Assembly: GCA_039185285.1 (NCBI GenBank)
Contig: JBCDAQ010000001.1
Coordinates: forward strand, 1 to 55,352
Length of the DNA stretch: 55,352 nucleotides
Direction: 5' to 3'
Source: Pseudomonadota bacterium
Lineage (GTDB): Bacteria; Pseudomonadota; Alphaproteobacteria; Rhodobacterales; Rhodobacteraceae
Part shown: positions 28,291 through 38,568 of the stretch, one piece after another
How the letters are laid out: each line of letters begins with the position of its first letter
How positions within the stretch are numbered: position 1 is the stretch's first letter
Position numbers and translations under genes: made by a program
The notes under the pieces: generated by a model
The model's input: only the letters and a program-made list of their open reading frames with translations
Databases searched by the model: none
What the model was told of the DNA's origin: nothing

Positions 28291-28842
28291 TCAACACTCC
28301 GCTTCTAGCGTTGAAAAAAACTTCTGAGCCTCCCGGACCTCAGCCTCGGAGGATTGCTCGATGCCCGGGACCTCCAGCGCCCAACCATGCACGATCAGCA
28401 AGGCGGAAGTACGCAGGACCAATCGCGTATAGGCGATCTCATCGCGATCCAGACGGCGGATACCATCATGCTCCAACAGTTCGCTCGCGCATACCAGACC
28501 ATCCTCGGTGCCCAACATGGCGCCCATTCGGGCGCCCTTCACAGCTACCCGCTGGGCGGGTGAAACGGTCAGATCACGTCGAGGAAAACCAGCGCCAAAG
28601 CACCACCGATCTAGGCGGATCGGATGCAGGTCGGTCGGAAGATCCCTCGTCGGTCGGACCAGACTTTCGCAGGAGAGCAACTCCAACTCACCCTGATCGG
28701 CGGTTGTCACCAAGTCGCTCGGCAGCAAGGTCTCGACCCGCCTCATTCCACTCGGGCATTTCACACGCATTCCTGACTGCAGCATTTCTTGCTCGACACT
28801 CCGATGCCCGACGTCTCGGCCTTTTTTTCGTTCAATTCTCAC
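28291..28842 (-). CDS. stand-alone Hint (bacterial intein-like, Hint_2) domain protein, degenerate
   Basis: G..V..PSG.RRVETLLPSDLVTTADQG, PIRL...FGAGFPRRDLTVSP.QRV, LVCASEL, YTRLVL..., matching the Hint_2 layout. Start uncertain. Confidence 0.8.
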   Translation of the reverse strand: MRIERKKGRDVGHRSVEQEMLQSGMRVKCPSGMRRVETLLPSDLVTTADQGELELLSCESLVRPTRDLPTDLHPIRLDRWCFGAGFPRRDLTVSPAQRVAVKGARMGAMLGTEDGLVCASELLEHDGIRRLDRDEIAYTRLVLRTSALLIVHGWALEVPGIEQSSEAEVREAQKFFSTLEAEC

Positions 28843-29065
28843 GCCGTCCGTGCTGGCAAGCGTGTCTCACCGCTTCTCCCTTTGAGCGATCAGTACCTCT
28901 TAAAATCGCCTCTTTAGGGCGATTTTATGCGCATGGGACCGATCGACCTCTAAGAGCGGGCTTCAGTTCATGACCGCAGCATTCTTGCAACGATCCTGAC
29001 GATGCGTCTTGCTCTTGCCTCAGAAAGCACCCATTAGGGACGCCATCCAGAACGAAGGTATGGCG

Positions 29066-29896
29066 ATGATAAACACTCCCCATCACGTGAGCTTGCCAGG
29101 AGTTGAATTCGGCAACGATCTACCAATTGTCCTGATTTCGGGGCCGTGCGCTGCGGAAGGCGAACAGCACTCTATCGACATCGCGGGGCCACTGGCCGAA
29201 GCCTGTAAAGACGCAGGTATCGGCTATGTCTTCAAAGCAAGCTTCGACAAAGCGAACAGGACATCGGTCTCAGGGCAACGTGGCGTAGGTTTGGAGGTGG
29301 GGTTGGGAACTCTCGCCGCTGTGAAGGCGGCAATTGGCTGTCCGGTGCTAACTGATGTCCACCTGCCCGAGCAATGTGCGCCGGTGGCAGATGTTGCTGA
29401 TATACTTCAGATCCCAGCTTTCCTTTGCCGTCAGACGGATCTCTTACTCGCCGCGGCTCAAACCAATGCCGTGATCAACATCAAAAAAGGCCAGTTCTTG
29501 GCCCCGTGGGACATGCCGAATGTTGCTGCGAAAGTCGCGTCGACGGGGAACAAGAAGATCCTGTTAACCGAACGTGGATCGAGTTTCGGTTACAACACGC
29601 TCGTTACTGATATGAGAGCACTGCCTCAGATGGCACAAACGGGTTACCCAGTAATTTTTGACGCGACCCACTCAGTCCAACAGCCCGGTGGGCTCGGCGG
29701 ATCTTCGGGGGGCCAGCGGGAGTTTGCACCGGTGCTCGCACGCGCAGCGGTAGCCGTCGGCGTCGCGGGCCTTTTCATTGAGAGCCATCCGAACCCTGAC
29801 GAGGCGCCTTCTGACGGACCCAACATGATACCTTTGGCTGAGATGCCCGAACTCATCAAACGACTGGTCGACTTTGACCACCTCGCCAAAGCCTGA
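29066..29896 (+). CDS. kdsA: 3-deoxy-8-phosphooctulonate (KDO8P) synthase
   Basis: [52 protein letters not shown]. Confidence 0.98.
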   Translation: MINTPHHVSLPGVEFGNDLPIVLISGPCAAEGEQHSIDIAGPLAEACKDAGIGYVFKASFDKANRTSVSGQRGVGLEVGLGTLAAVKAAIGCPVLTDVHLPEQCAPVADVADILQIPAFLCRQTDLLLAAAQTNAVINIKKGQFLAPWDMPNVAAKVASTGNKKILLTERGSSFGYNTLVTDMRALPQMAQTGYPVIFDATHSVQQPGGLGGSSGGQREFAPVLARAAVAVGVAGLFIESHPNPDEAPSDGPNMIPLAEMPELIKRLVDFDHLAKA

Positions 29897-29905
29897 TTTA
29901 GGAGA

Positions 29906-31417
29906 ATGCCAATGACCGGCATGCCCAGCCCATTGACCGAGGTCCGTGAGAACACCTTCGAATACCTGACACTTCCCATGATAAAGCCCACCGGCTTTCG
30001 TGAGTACGATGCAAGATGGCGCTTTCCGGAAGAGATCAATCTTATGGGAATCCAGGCACTTGGCCTGGGCCTTGCGACCCAGTTGCACGAGGCGGGGCTG
30101 CCCGCTGTCGTCGCCGTAGGTAACGACTATCGCAGCTACTCTCTATCGATCAAACAGGCACTGATCGTCGGTCTGATGTCGGGCGGTGCAGAGGTTCGCG
30201 ACATTGGAACATGCCTTTCACCAGTCGCGTATTTTTCGCAGTTTGATCTGGACGCACAGGCCGTAGCAATGGTCACGGCCTCGCACAATCCGAACGGATG
30301 GACCGGTGTAAAAATCGGTATGAACCGGCCACTCACCCATGGCCCAGACGAAATGGGCCGACTGAAGAAAATCGTTCTAGCAGGGGAAGGTGTCTTCCGA
30401 GAGGGCGGGAAGTATGTGCGCGCAGAAGGGGTCGGTGAGCGTTATATAGACGATCTCTGCGGCGATTTCAAAATGACCCGAAGGCTGAAAGTAGTTTGCG
30501 CTACCGGAAACGGAACGGCAGGCGCTTTTGCGCCAGAGGTGCTCGAACGCATCGGCTGTGAAGTGGTCCCACTCCACTGCGAGCTTGACTACTCATTCCC
30601 GAACTACAACGCGAACCCTGAGGCGATGGAGATGCTCAACGACATGGCGGCAGCTGTGAAGGAACATGGTGCTGATCTGGCACTGGGTTTCGACGGCGAT
30701 GGCGATCGGTGTGGCGTGGTCGATGACGAGGGCGAGGAGATATTTGCGGACAAGGTCGGTGTGATTATGGCCCGCGATCTAATCAAGCTCTACCCTGGGT
30801 CTACATTTGTAGCCGACGTGAAATCCACCGGCCTTTTCGCATCCGATCCGGCACTCATCGAGGGCGGGGCGAAAGCCGATTACTGGAAAACAGGCCATAG
30901 CCACATGAAACGGCGCGTGCATGAACTTGGCGCATTGGCAGGATTTGAGAAATCAGGCCACTACTTCCTCGCTGGCCCAATCGGACGCGGCTACGACTGC
31001 GGTCTGCGTGTTGCGGTCGAACTCTGCAAGTTAATGGATCGCAATCCGGCAAGCTCGATGTCGGATCTTCGGCGAGCCCTGCCAAAAACCTATTCGTCTC
31101 CCACGATGTCCCCCTACTGCGCGGATGAAGAGAAGTACGGCGTGATTGAGAGGCTACAGTCGAAACTGGTCGAAATGCAAAAGGCCGGCGAAACCCTCGG
31201 CGGCTTGAAGATGGAAGGTGTCGTAACCGTCAACGGTGCTCGCGTGCTTCTCGAAGGTGGTGCTTGGGCGCTTGTCCGTGCGTCATCGAACACACCCAAT
31301 CTGGTGGTCGTTTGTGAAACGGCCAAATCGAACGACGAACTTCGAGTGATCTTTGACGCGTTGGACGCCGTGATCCGGACCGAACCTTCGGTGGGAGCAT
31401 ATGATCAAACGCTATGA
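29906..31417 (+). CDS. phosphomannomutase/phosphoglucomutase
   Basis: FREYDAR, TASHNP, FDGDGDR, GFEKSGH, VRASSN. The start may be ATG 29912. Confidence 0.96.
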   Translation: MPMTGMPSPLTEVRENTFEYLTLPMIKPTGFREYDARWRFPEEINLMGIQALGLGLATQLHEAGLPAVVAVGNDYRSYSLSIKQALIVGLMSGGAEVRDIGTCLSPVAYFSQFDLDAQAVAMVTASHNPNGWTGVKIGMNRPLTHGPDEMGRLKKIVLAGEGVFREGGKYVRAEGVGERYIDDLCGDFKMTRRLKVVCATGNGTAGAFAPEVLERIGCEVVPLHCELDYSFPNYNANPEAMEMLNDMAAAVKEHGADLALGFDGDGDRCGVVDDEGEEIFADKVGVIMARDLIKLYPGSTFVADVKSTGLFASDPALIEGGAKADYWKTGHSHMKRRVHELGALAGFEKSGHYFLAGPIGRGYDCGLRVAVELCKLMDRNPASSMSDLRRALPKTYSSPTMSPYCADEEKYGVIERLQSKLVEMQKAGETLGGLKMEGVVTVNGARVLLEGGAWALVRASSNTPNLVVVCETAKSNDELRVIFDALDAVIRTEPSVGAYDQTL

Positions 31418-31515
31418 AATCCCAGTCGTTCTCATGTTCAGGTCAGCTTCCACGCTGTTCCGCTGACTTGGCAGAACTTGCCAAAAACTCGAGCAGGTTA
31501 CGCCCGTCTTGAGAG

Positions 31516-32667
31516 CTAGAGGTCCTCTAGCAGGCGTTCCAACTCGTTGAAATGGTTATCCCATCGCGGTGCTGTCCAACCACCGATACGATCGATTTGA
31601 GACGCTCGCGCGTTCCCGCCTGTGGTGTAATCCTGGATTATCTTCCGCCAACTCTCCCGGTCGTTCGGATCGAGGTAGTCTGGGACATCTCCGGCAATCT
31701 CCCGAAATGCCGGCAGATCCGAAGCGATCACTGGTGTCCGGAATGAAAGCGCCTCAGCTAGGGGTAGGCCATAGCCCTCCACATGGCTTGGGAAAAGCAG
31801 CGCCCTTGCAGATGCTAGACGCAGCCAAACCCGGGCATCTGACAAACCATGCTCTTCAACTATGTTCGCTGGCGGCTTATCGAGACGCCGAAAGACGTCT
31901 CGGTTCTGCCATCCGCGCCTGCCAATAAAATGAAGCTTAGGCCAATCCCTTTGCCAGATATCAAGTAGCAGAGAATGGTTTTTTCGAGGCTCAATCGTAC
32001 TAAGATAGACGAAGTGATCCCCTGCGGAGATGTCCGGTCTTGGCGGGACATCGATCCCAAGGGCTATCTTGCTCACCGGTTTGGGCTTCAGCCCCAATTC
32101 CGATGCCGACTGGACGACGCAATACCCCGTGTGCTCGGTGTTCACCATCAAGTGGTCAGCATGATGCGCACGTCTGAGTCTCGTTCGCGCTTGCTCAGGC
32201 CCTTTCACCGACGAATACTCCGGATGCGTCAAAGGGATCAGATCATGGATCATCACCAGGCGCTTCAGAGCGGATATCGCGTCCATGGACCGCTCATTTG
32301 GCAGAGCGTGTCCGACATTCAGGTAGACATCCGCCTTTTTGGCGAGCTCCTGCAAATTGCCTTTCCCAATGGCCAGCCTCCGAACGAGGCTTTCGCCCAT
32401 TCGCACCCTTAAATTACGGTCAGGTCGCAAACGCGCTTTAACATCCAAAGCTTCATCTTCACCCAGGATAAGCCGCCTGAGCGCAGCCGCGCCCTCTGAA
32501 GAGAGAAGGAAGTTGCTCTGACCAATCTTTACTAGGAACAACCCATCGCGTGAAATTGCCCAGTCGAGATACGCGTGCTCAACCCGATCGATCCCGCTGG
32601 GCCTTGCAACGGCGAGCCGACTTAAGCTGCGCGTAACATCGAGTAAAACACGCCTACCTACCGCCAT
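31516..32667 (-). CDS. glycosyltransferase family 4
   Basis: SGIDRVE, MIHDLIP, TIEPRKNH, PSHVEGYGLPLAEA, SDLPAFRE. Confidence 0.92.
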   Translation of the reverse strand: MAVGRRVLLDVTRSLSRLAVARPSGIDRVEHAYLDWAISRDGLFLVKIGQSNFLLSSEGAAALRRLILGEDEALDVKARLRPDRNLRVRMGESLVRRLAIGKGNLQELAKKADVYLNVGHALPNERSMDAISALKRLVMIHDLIPLTHPEYSSVKGPEQARTRLRRAHHADHLMVNTEHTGYCVVQSASELGLKPKPVSKIALGIDVPPRPDISAGDHFVYLSTIEPRKNHSLLLDIWQRDWPKLHFIGRRGWQNRDVFRRLDKPPANIVEEHGLSDARVWLRLASARALLFPSHVEGYGLPLAEALSFRTPVIASDLPAFREIAGDVPDYLDPNDRESWRKIIQDYTTGGNARASQIDRIGGWTAPRWDNHFNELERLLEDL

Positions 32668-32693
32668 GACTTACCTGAACGTGGTCGTGTTTC

Positions 32694-33593
32694 TTATTCC
32701 GCCGCGACACGCTTCTCAGTAATTGCTCTAAGGTAGTCGAGAAACTCATCGGCCAATTCCTCGCGCTCAAGCGCGAATGTTACGGTGGCCTGAAGGTAAC
32801 CCGCCTTTGACCCACAATCGAACCTAGTCCCTTCGAACCGGTATCCAAAGACTGGACGGCCAGCGCTGACTTGTTCGGCAATCGCATCTGTTAACTGGAT
32901 CTCTCCACCCGCGCCCTTTTTCATTTGGTTCAGGCTAACCATCACATCTGGCGTGAGAATGTATCGACCAATCACAGCTGTATTCGACGGTGCATCGGTT
33001 GGTTCCGGCTTTTCAACCATACCTTGCGTGCGCACCAGACGGCCCATATCTTCAGCGATATCCAAAACGCCGTAGTTTTTGGTTTTCTCGGCGGGGACAT
33101 CCATTGCCGCCACCATGCACCCCTCGGAACCGTTGGCGGCATAGGCCTCCACCATCTGCGCCAGACAGGACTGCTCTCCCGCAATTACGTCATCTGGTAG
33201 AATGACAGCGAATGGCTCGTCACCAATCAGGTTACGCGCACACCAAACCGCGTGGCCAAGCCCCAGCGCTTCGTGCTGTCGGATATGAGCAATCGCGCCA
33301 GAAGGAAGCGTAGAGTTGCGGACTTCTGCCAGCAGATCCAGCTTTCCTTTTTCTTCCAACGCTCGCTCAAGGCTGGAAGACGCGTCGAAGTAGTCTTCTA
33401 GAGCGGATTTTCCCTTTGCGGTAACGAAGATGAACTCCTCGATTCCCGCCTCGCGCGCCTCATCAATCGCGTATTGAACCAGAGGCCGATCGACCAGTGG
33501 GAGCATCTCTTTCGGCACCGATTTCGTCGCCGGCAGGAAACGAGTACCGAGGCCCGCTACCGGGAAGACCGCCTTGGTTACTTTTTTGATCAT
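32694..33593 (-). CDS. galU: UTP--glucose-1-phosphate uridylyltransferase
   Basis: PVAGLGTRFLPATKSVPKEML, LGLGHAV, VEKP, GEIQLTDA, DCGSK. Confidence 0.98.
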   Translation of the reverse strand: MIKKVTKAVFPVAGLGTRFLPATKSVPKEMLPLVDRPLVQYAIDEAREAGIEEFIFVTAKGKSALEDYFDASSSLERALEEKGKLDLLAEVRNSTLPSGAIAHIRQHEALGLGHAVWCARNLIGDEPFAVILPDDVIAGEQSCLAQMVEAYAANGSEGCMVAAMDVPAEKTKNYGVLDIAEDMGRLVRTQGMVEKPEPTDAPSNTAVIGRYILTPDVMVSLNQMKKGAGGEIQLTDAIAEQVSAGRPVFGYRFEGTRFDCGSKAGYLQATVTFALEREELADEFLDYLRAITEKRVAAE

Positions 33594-33908
33594 GGCCTGA
33601 ACTCTCTCAATCCCGACGTGTTCGGGTGTGTCTTGGATAAAGCATAGCAAGAAATGAAGAAACCATCTCTGAGCTCATGTTTGGCGTCTTTTTCCCGTCC
33701 TAACGCGACGAAACTGTGGCCAATCCGCGGCTCGGAGATGTCGGGCAAGGCCGCGATCGAGTTGGGAAAAGGGCAGAGAACAAGCGACATCTAGTCTAGT
33801 TAAACTCTGAAAGCCTCCAATTTCCGTCGACAAAACGCACATGAAGCGCTTCTTCGATCGGGCGAGTCCTGTACTTCGCGATGATGTCCCAGGCCCCTTA
33901 TCGGCTGA

Positions 33909-34703
33909 TCAAACCATGCCCCTCGCCTTGAGCACCGCCTCGATCCTAGGTGTGTCTTCGGGGTTATTCAGCTCCCAAAAAGATGCGCCTCTGGCATCCA
34001 CCGGCACACAGTGAACGGGATTATCATGTGCGAGAAATCGGAGTTGCTCCAACCCCTCTTCGCGCTCTAGCTGGGTCTCGCCCATGACAACATATTCAGC
34101 AAGTGCCGCTGGGCGATAGGCATAGACGCCGACATGATGGAAAACAGGGCAGCTTCCAGCATCGAACGGCTGTGAGACAAAAGGGATGACTTCCTTCGAA
34201 AAATAGAGTGCTCGACCGGTTTGACTGAAAACCGCGGTCGTTCCTCCGACGCGCCCGGCAGCACGATCCGATTTGAAGCTTTCGTACGCCTCTCGATCAC
34301 ATCTTAAGACAGGTGTCGCGACCGCGACGTCAGGGTTCGAAGCGACCTCCTCGATCAACGCTTCGATGAACCATGGTGGGGTGAGTGGTGCATCACCCTG
34401 CAGGTTCACCACGAGTTCAGGCTCGCCAAGCGATTTAAGAGCATCGGCACAACGCTCCGTACCATTGGCACATGTCTCGGCGGTCATGACGACTTCCGCG
34501 CCAAAGGCTAGCGCCGCCTCGCGAATACGCCCATCATCGGTCGCCACGACAATCCGATCGACACCGGATACAGCTTGGGCCGCTTCCCAACTGCGCTCAA
34601 TGAGTGATTTTGCAACACCCGTTGCACCAACGAGCGGCGCCAAAGGTTTCCCAGGAAACCGACTGGAGGCGTAACGCGCCGGAATGACGATGACAGACTT
34701 CAT
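33909..34703 (-). CDS. kdsB: 3-deoxy-manno-octulosonate cytidylyltransferase
   Basis: IPARYASSRFPGKPL, NGTER, NLQGD, ALYFS, HVGVYAY, EGLEQLR. Confidence 0.96.
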   Translation of the reverse strand: MKSVIVIPARYASSRFPGKPLAPLVGATGVAKSLIERSWEAAQAVSGVDRIVVATDDGRIREAALAFGAEVVMTAETCANGTERCADALKSLGEPELVVNLQGDAPLTPPWFIEALIEEVASNPDVAVATPVLRCDREAYESFKSDRAAGRVGGTTAVFSQTGRALYFSKEVIPFVSQPFDAGSCPVFHHVGVYAYRPAALAEYVVMGETQLEREEGLEQLRFLAHDNPVHCVPVDARGASFWELNNPEDTPRIEAVLKARGMV

Positions 34704-34706
34704 CGC

Positions 34707-35483
34707 CTAAAGTGTAACACCCTGGGCGTAGGCAAGGAAAAACGGATTCTCATATCCAGGTTTGCCATACGCCAGATCAGTGCGTTCTTCGAAGCGCAGG
34801 ACATTCCCCCCAGCCGCCAACAGAACAGCGTGGCCGGCTGCTGTATCCCACTCCATCGTGCGGCCCAAACGGGGATAGAAGTCGGCCTCCCCGGCGGCAA
34901 GCAGACAGAACTTCAGCGACGACCCAGCCGCCGTAAACTCACCGACATTGTATTGAGAAATGAAGTCATCTGTCGCCTTGTCTCTGTGTGATTTTGAGGC
35001 AACCACGATCAGCGCAGAATTGTCGGGCTCTCGTACAGCGATTGGTGTCTCAGTACCCGCGACCGGAACGCAATCGCCGTCAACACGCTCTTGCACAGCC
35101 CCCCCACCTTTGGTTCGAAACAATCGCCCTTTAGCAGGTGCATAGACAACGCCCTTCGTCGGACGACCGTCTTCGATCAGGGCTATGTTGATGGTGAAAT
35201 CACCCCGTCGTTGCACAAACTCCTTCGTACCATCCAGAGGATCGACCAGGAAAAACCGTTGCAAACCGGTTTGATCATGGCTTTCCGCTTGTTCCTCAGT
35301 GACCGCGGGGATTTCCGGAAAAGCCTTCGCCAATCCGTCCGCGATCACCTTGTCCGCCGCGAGATCAGCGTCAGTTACTGGGGAGTTGTCCGACTTCGCC
35401 CGCGCTTCGAAATCCGGCCCTTCATAAACTGACATTACGGCTTTCCCAGCTTCGAGCGCCAGCTCGCGCAGGATCTGATCCAT
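34707..35483 (-). CDS. cysQ: 3'(2'),5'-bisphosphate nucleotidase
   Basis: KSDNSPVTDAD, LVDPLDGTKEF, GSSLKFC, EWDTAAG. Confidence 0.95.
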   Translation of the reverse strand: MDQILRELALEAGKAVMSVYEGPDFEARAKSDNSPVTDADLAADKVIADGLAKAFPEIPAVTEEQAESHDQTGLQRFFLVDPLDGTKEFVQRRGDFTINIALIEDGRPTKGVVYAPAKGRLFRTKGGGAVQERVDGDCVPVAGTETPIAVREPDNSALIVVASKSHRDKATDDFISQYNVGEFTAAGSSLKFCLLAAGEADFYPRLGRTMEWDTAAGHAVLLAAGGNVLRFEERTDLAYGKPGYENPFFLAYAQGVTL

Positions 35484-35506
35484 TCGTATTGCTCCTAAGG
35501 TCTTGG

Positions 35507-36160
35507 TTACTCGACCCAAACACGGATCATCTGATCCGGTTCAGAAACCGAGCCGTTATTGGCACGTGAGCCCTTCTTAATGTTGTCCACGAGTTCCATA
35601 CCGCTCGAGACCCTTCCCCATACAGTGTAGAAGTTACGGATGAACTGATTTCGGTTTGGATTGGCTGCGGCCTCGTCGAGCAGGTCGGGATCGGCGAGGA
35701 CTTGCTCACGCACAGACGACGGCAGATCATTCATGAAGGAGGCATCTTCAAACATGATGAAAAACTGCGAGTTGGCCGAGTCTGGATCGGGCGTCCGCGC
35801 CATTGCAACAGTTCCGCGTGTCACCGGTGTCGCAGAAAACTCCTGCGCAAGATCGGGCAGGCTGGATCCACCCGAGCCAACACGACGGGAGACGCTGCCA
35901 TCTGTCTGAACCTTACCGTGTTGAACGTCCCCAGCTTGGGCCATGAAGCCATCAATCACTCGGTGAAAGGCGACGCCGTCATAGGCACCTTGCGAGGCGA
36001 GCGTTTTGATCCGTTCAACGTGATTTGGCGCCAAATCTGGCAGCATCTCAATCTTCACCACTCCGGATTTTAGCTGGATGTTCAGCGTATTTTGTGCCGA
36101 AGCAGGCACTGCGGTGAAAATGGCCAAAGCACAGGCCAGGGAGAATAGATGGCGGATCAT
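35507..36160 (-). CDS. periplasmic cyclophilin-type peptidyl-prolyl isomerase
   Basis: Signal peptide; AFHRVIDGFMAQ.GD, MAR, SANSQFFI, YTVWG; extra internal segment. Confidence 0.95.
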   Translation of the reverse strand: MIRHLFSLACALAIFTAVPASAQNTLNIQLKSGVVKIEMLPDLAPNHVERIKTLASQGAYDGVAFHRVIDGFMAQAGDVQHGKVQTDGSVSRRVGSGGSSLPDLAQEFSATPVTRGTVAMARTPDPDSANSQFFIMFEDASFMNDLPSSVREQVLADPDLLDEAAANPNRNQFIRNFYTVWGRVSSGMELVDNIKKGSRANNGSVSEPDQMIRVWVE

Positions 36161-36270
36161 CAGAGGGCTCCTATAAACGTGCAGACGCGTGGGTAAACGG
36201 TTCCTGAGGTCAGGTCAAACGACCCATGGTTGGGCTTCCGGCAGACTTCGCTTCGATTGTCATCAAGACG

Positions 36271-37185
36271 CTACGCGGACGACGCTGACAGCTTAGTCAG
36301 ATCAACATTACTGCCGCACATAATGACCCCGACCCGTTCCCCTGGCTGAGGCTGATAAGCACCAGAGCGAATTGCTGCCAACGCAGTCGCGCCCCCTGGT
36401 TCAACAGCAAGGTTGAGCGCCTGCCACGCCCAGGTCTGCGCCTCGACGATTGCCTCGTCAGATACCAAGCAATTTTGGGCAACAAAATCCTTTGCGATTG
36501 CATGAGAAAGTTCACCCAGTGCGCGCGCGCCCAGACTATCTGCCGCGATACCACCAACCGAGACATCGATAGGTTCCCCGGCCCGACGCGCCGCATCAAA
36601 GCAACAACTCAATTCAGGTTCTACCGCGACTATTCTGGTCCGTCCCGCATACCAAGCGGCGATCCCACCGATTAGACCGCCGCCGCCGACGGCAACCAGA
36701 ACCGTATCGAGCGAGGTCTGTTCTTCCAACTCTCGGCCAAGTGTTGCCTGCCCGCCCAAGGTCTCGATCGCGTCATAAGCATGCACTGTCATCGCTCCAG
36801 TCTCTTGCTGGTACGTGAGCGACGCTGACAGCGCTTCGGCGTATTCGGCGCCACCAACCACCACAGTGCCGCCCAAACGGCGAATGAGCGCGATCTTCGC
36901 TGGCGAGGAGATATCCGGAACGTAGATCTGCGACGGATAGCCGAGAGCTCTCGCCGCATAGGCCACGGCCGCGCCATGGTTTCCTCCAGAGGCTGCAACC
37001 AACCCCGCCTTCGGCACCTCGCGCGTCAAAAGATTCGCAAACGCACCTCGCGGCTTGAAGCTCCCTGCATGTTGGAGGCATTCGAGTTTCAGCACCATCC
37101 CATCGGTCTCAATCACCGGTGTGCGGCGAATATGGGGTGCTATCAGTTCGTGGATCCGCGCGATTTCGGCCCGAGTGAGGTCCAT
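36271..37185 (-). CDS. threonine/serine dehydratase family protein
   Basis: KLECLQHAGSFKPRGA, ASGGNHG, VGGGGL, EPGGA, CGSNVD. Confidence 0.92.
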   Translation of the reverse strand: MDLTRAEIARIHELIAPHIRRTPVIETDGMVLKLECLQHAGSFKPRGAFANLLTREVPKAGLVAASGGNHGAAVAYAARALGYPSQIYVPDISSPAKIALIRRLGGTVVVGGAEYAEALSASLTYQQETGAMTVHAYDAIETLGGQATLGRELEEQTSLDTVLVAVGGGGLIGGIAAWYAGRTRIVAVEPELSCCFDAARRAGEPIDVSVGGIAADSLGARALGELSHAIAKDFVAQNCLVSDEAIVEAQTWAWQALNLAVEPGGATALAAIRSGAYQPQPGERVGVIMCGSNVDLTKLSASSA

Positions 37186-37272
37186 ACCTGCTCCTATTGT
37201 CTTTCTCGGGCCTTCTTGCCCGGGCGGGCGGGCTTCTGTAAAGGGACGGATCGTTGCCCGAAGGAGCCCCGA

Positions 37273-38568
37273 ATGCCCGTCTTTCTCCATCACGACACAC
37301 CGGACTTTGAAGAACGGTTTCGTGACTTGCTCGCCGCCAAACGCGAGGTGAGCGAAGACGTGGATGCTGCCGTGGCCGATATCATCGCAGATGTCCGTGA
37401 ACGCGGTATCGACGCGGTGATCGAGCTTACGCGCAAGTTCGACCGTTGGGAGATGGCCGAGGCAAAAGTGTCATTTAGCGGTGCTGAGGTCGACGCGGCG
37501 ATCGCGACAGTCGATCCCGAAGACCGCGCTGCACTGGAACTCGCAGCGACGCGGATTCGCGCCTACCACGAACGCCAACTTCCCCAGGATGAAATGTGGG
37601 AGGATGAGGTGGGCGTGACTCTCGGCTGGCGTTGGAGCGCGGTTGATGCCGCCGGCCTCTACGTGCCTGGTGGGCTCGCCAGCTATCCCTCGTCAGTCCT
37701 TATGAATGCGATCCCCGCCGCCGTCGCGGGCGTGCGTGACCTGGTAATAACCGTGCCCACCCCTGATGGCGAGGTGAACCCGCTGGTTCTGCTCGCCGCC
37801 CGTCTCTCAGGGATCGAGACTGTCTATCGCGCGGGCGGGGCCCAGGCGATTGCGGGCCTGGCGTACGGCGCGGGCCCGATCCGACCGGTGGACAAGATCA
37901 CCGGGCCGGGAAATGCTTGGGTCGCGGCCGCAAAGCGCCGGGTTTTCGGCCAAGTGGGGATCGACATGATCGCCGGGCCATCAGAGATCCTCGTGATCGC
38001 CGATGCCAACCAGAACCCCGATTGGATCGCGACTGACTTGATGAGCCAGGCCGAACATGACGAGAGCGCCCAGGCCATCCTGATCACCGATGATGCCGCG
38101 TTTGGCGAGGAAGTCGGCCGCGCAGTCGACCGGCTGTTGCAGCGTTTGCAGCGCTCGGATATCGCGGGTGCGAGCTGGCGCCAGCATGGCGCGATTGTAA
38201 TCGCCCAGGATTTGAACCATGGCGCGGTCCTCTCCGATCGGATCGCGCCAGAACATCTAGAGCTTTGCGTTGAAGATCCCATCGCGCTCAGCGACCAGAT
38301 ACGCCACGCAGGCGCGATCTTCCTCGGCGCCCATACACCTGAGGCGATTGGCGACTATGTGGGCGGGCCCAACCATGTCCTGCCCACTGCCCGCTCGGCG
38401 CGGTTCTCCTCGGGCCTGTCGGTGCTCGATTTCATGAAACGGACGACCCTAGCCCAAGTGACACCCCAGGGCATGGCCGCCATTGGGCCGGCGGCAGAAA
38501 CGCTCGCCCATTCCGAAAGTCTCGAGGCCCACGGCCTCAGTGTCCGCGCGAGGCTCGACGCTCTATGA
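37273..38568 (+). CDS. hisD: histidinol dehydrogenase
   Basis: GLYVPGG, GPGN, IDMIAGPSE, SQAEHD, APEHLEL, GDYVGGPNHVLPT; SD AAGGAG. Confidence 0.98.
   Translation: MPVFLHHDTPDFEERFRDLLAAKREVSEDVDAAVADIIADVRERGIDAVIELTRKFDRWEMAEAKVSFSGAEVDAAIATVDPEDRAALELAATRIRAYHERQLPQDEMWEDEVGVTLGWRWSAVDAAGLYVPGGLASYPSSVLMNAIPAAVAGVRDLVITVPTPDGEVNPLVLLAARLSGIETVYRAGGAQAIAGLAYGAGPIRPVDKITGPGNAWVAAAKRRVFGQVGIDMIAGPSEILVIADANQNPDWIATDLMSQAEHDESAQAILITDDAAFGEEVGRAVDRLLQRLQRSDIAGASWRQHGAIVIAQDLNHGAVLSDRIAPEHLELCVEDPIALSDQIRHAGAIFLGAHTPEAIGDYVGGPNHVLPTARSARFSSGLSVLDFMKRTTLAQVTPQGMAAIGPAAETLAHSESLEAHGLSVRARLDAL

Noticed and set aside
28203-28973. 256-aa plus-strand ORF
   Set aside because: Arg/Pro-rich antisense translation of the Hint-domain gene.
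33594-33908. 315-bp galU/kdsB intergenic region as an sRNA or 66-aa ORF
   Set aside because: No recognisable RNA family, terminator or convincing SD/protein motif; most simply promoter DNA.
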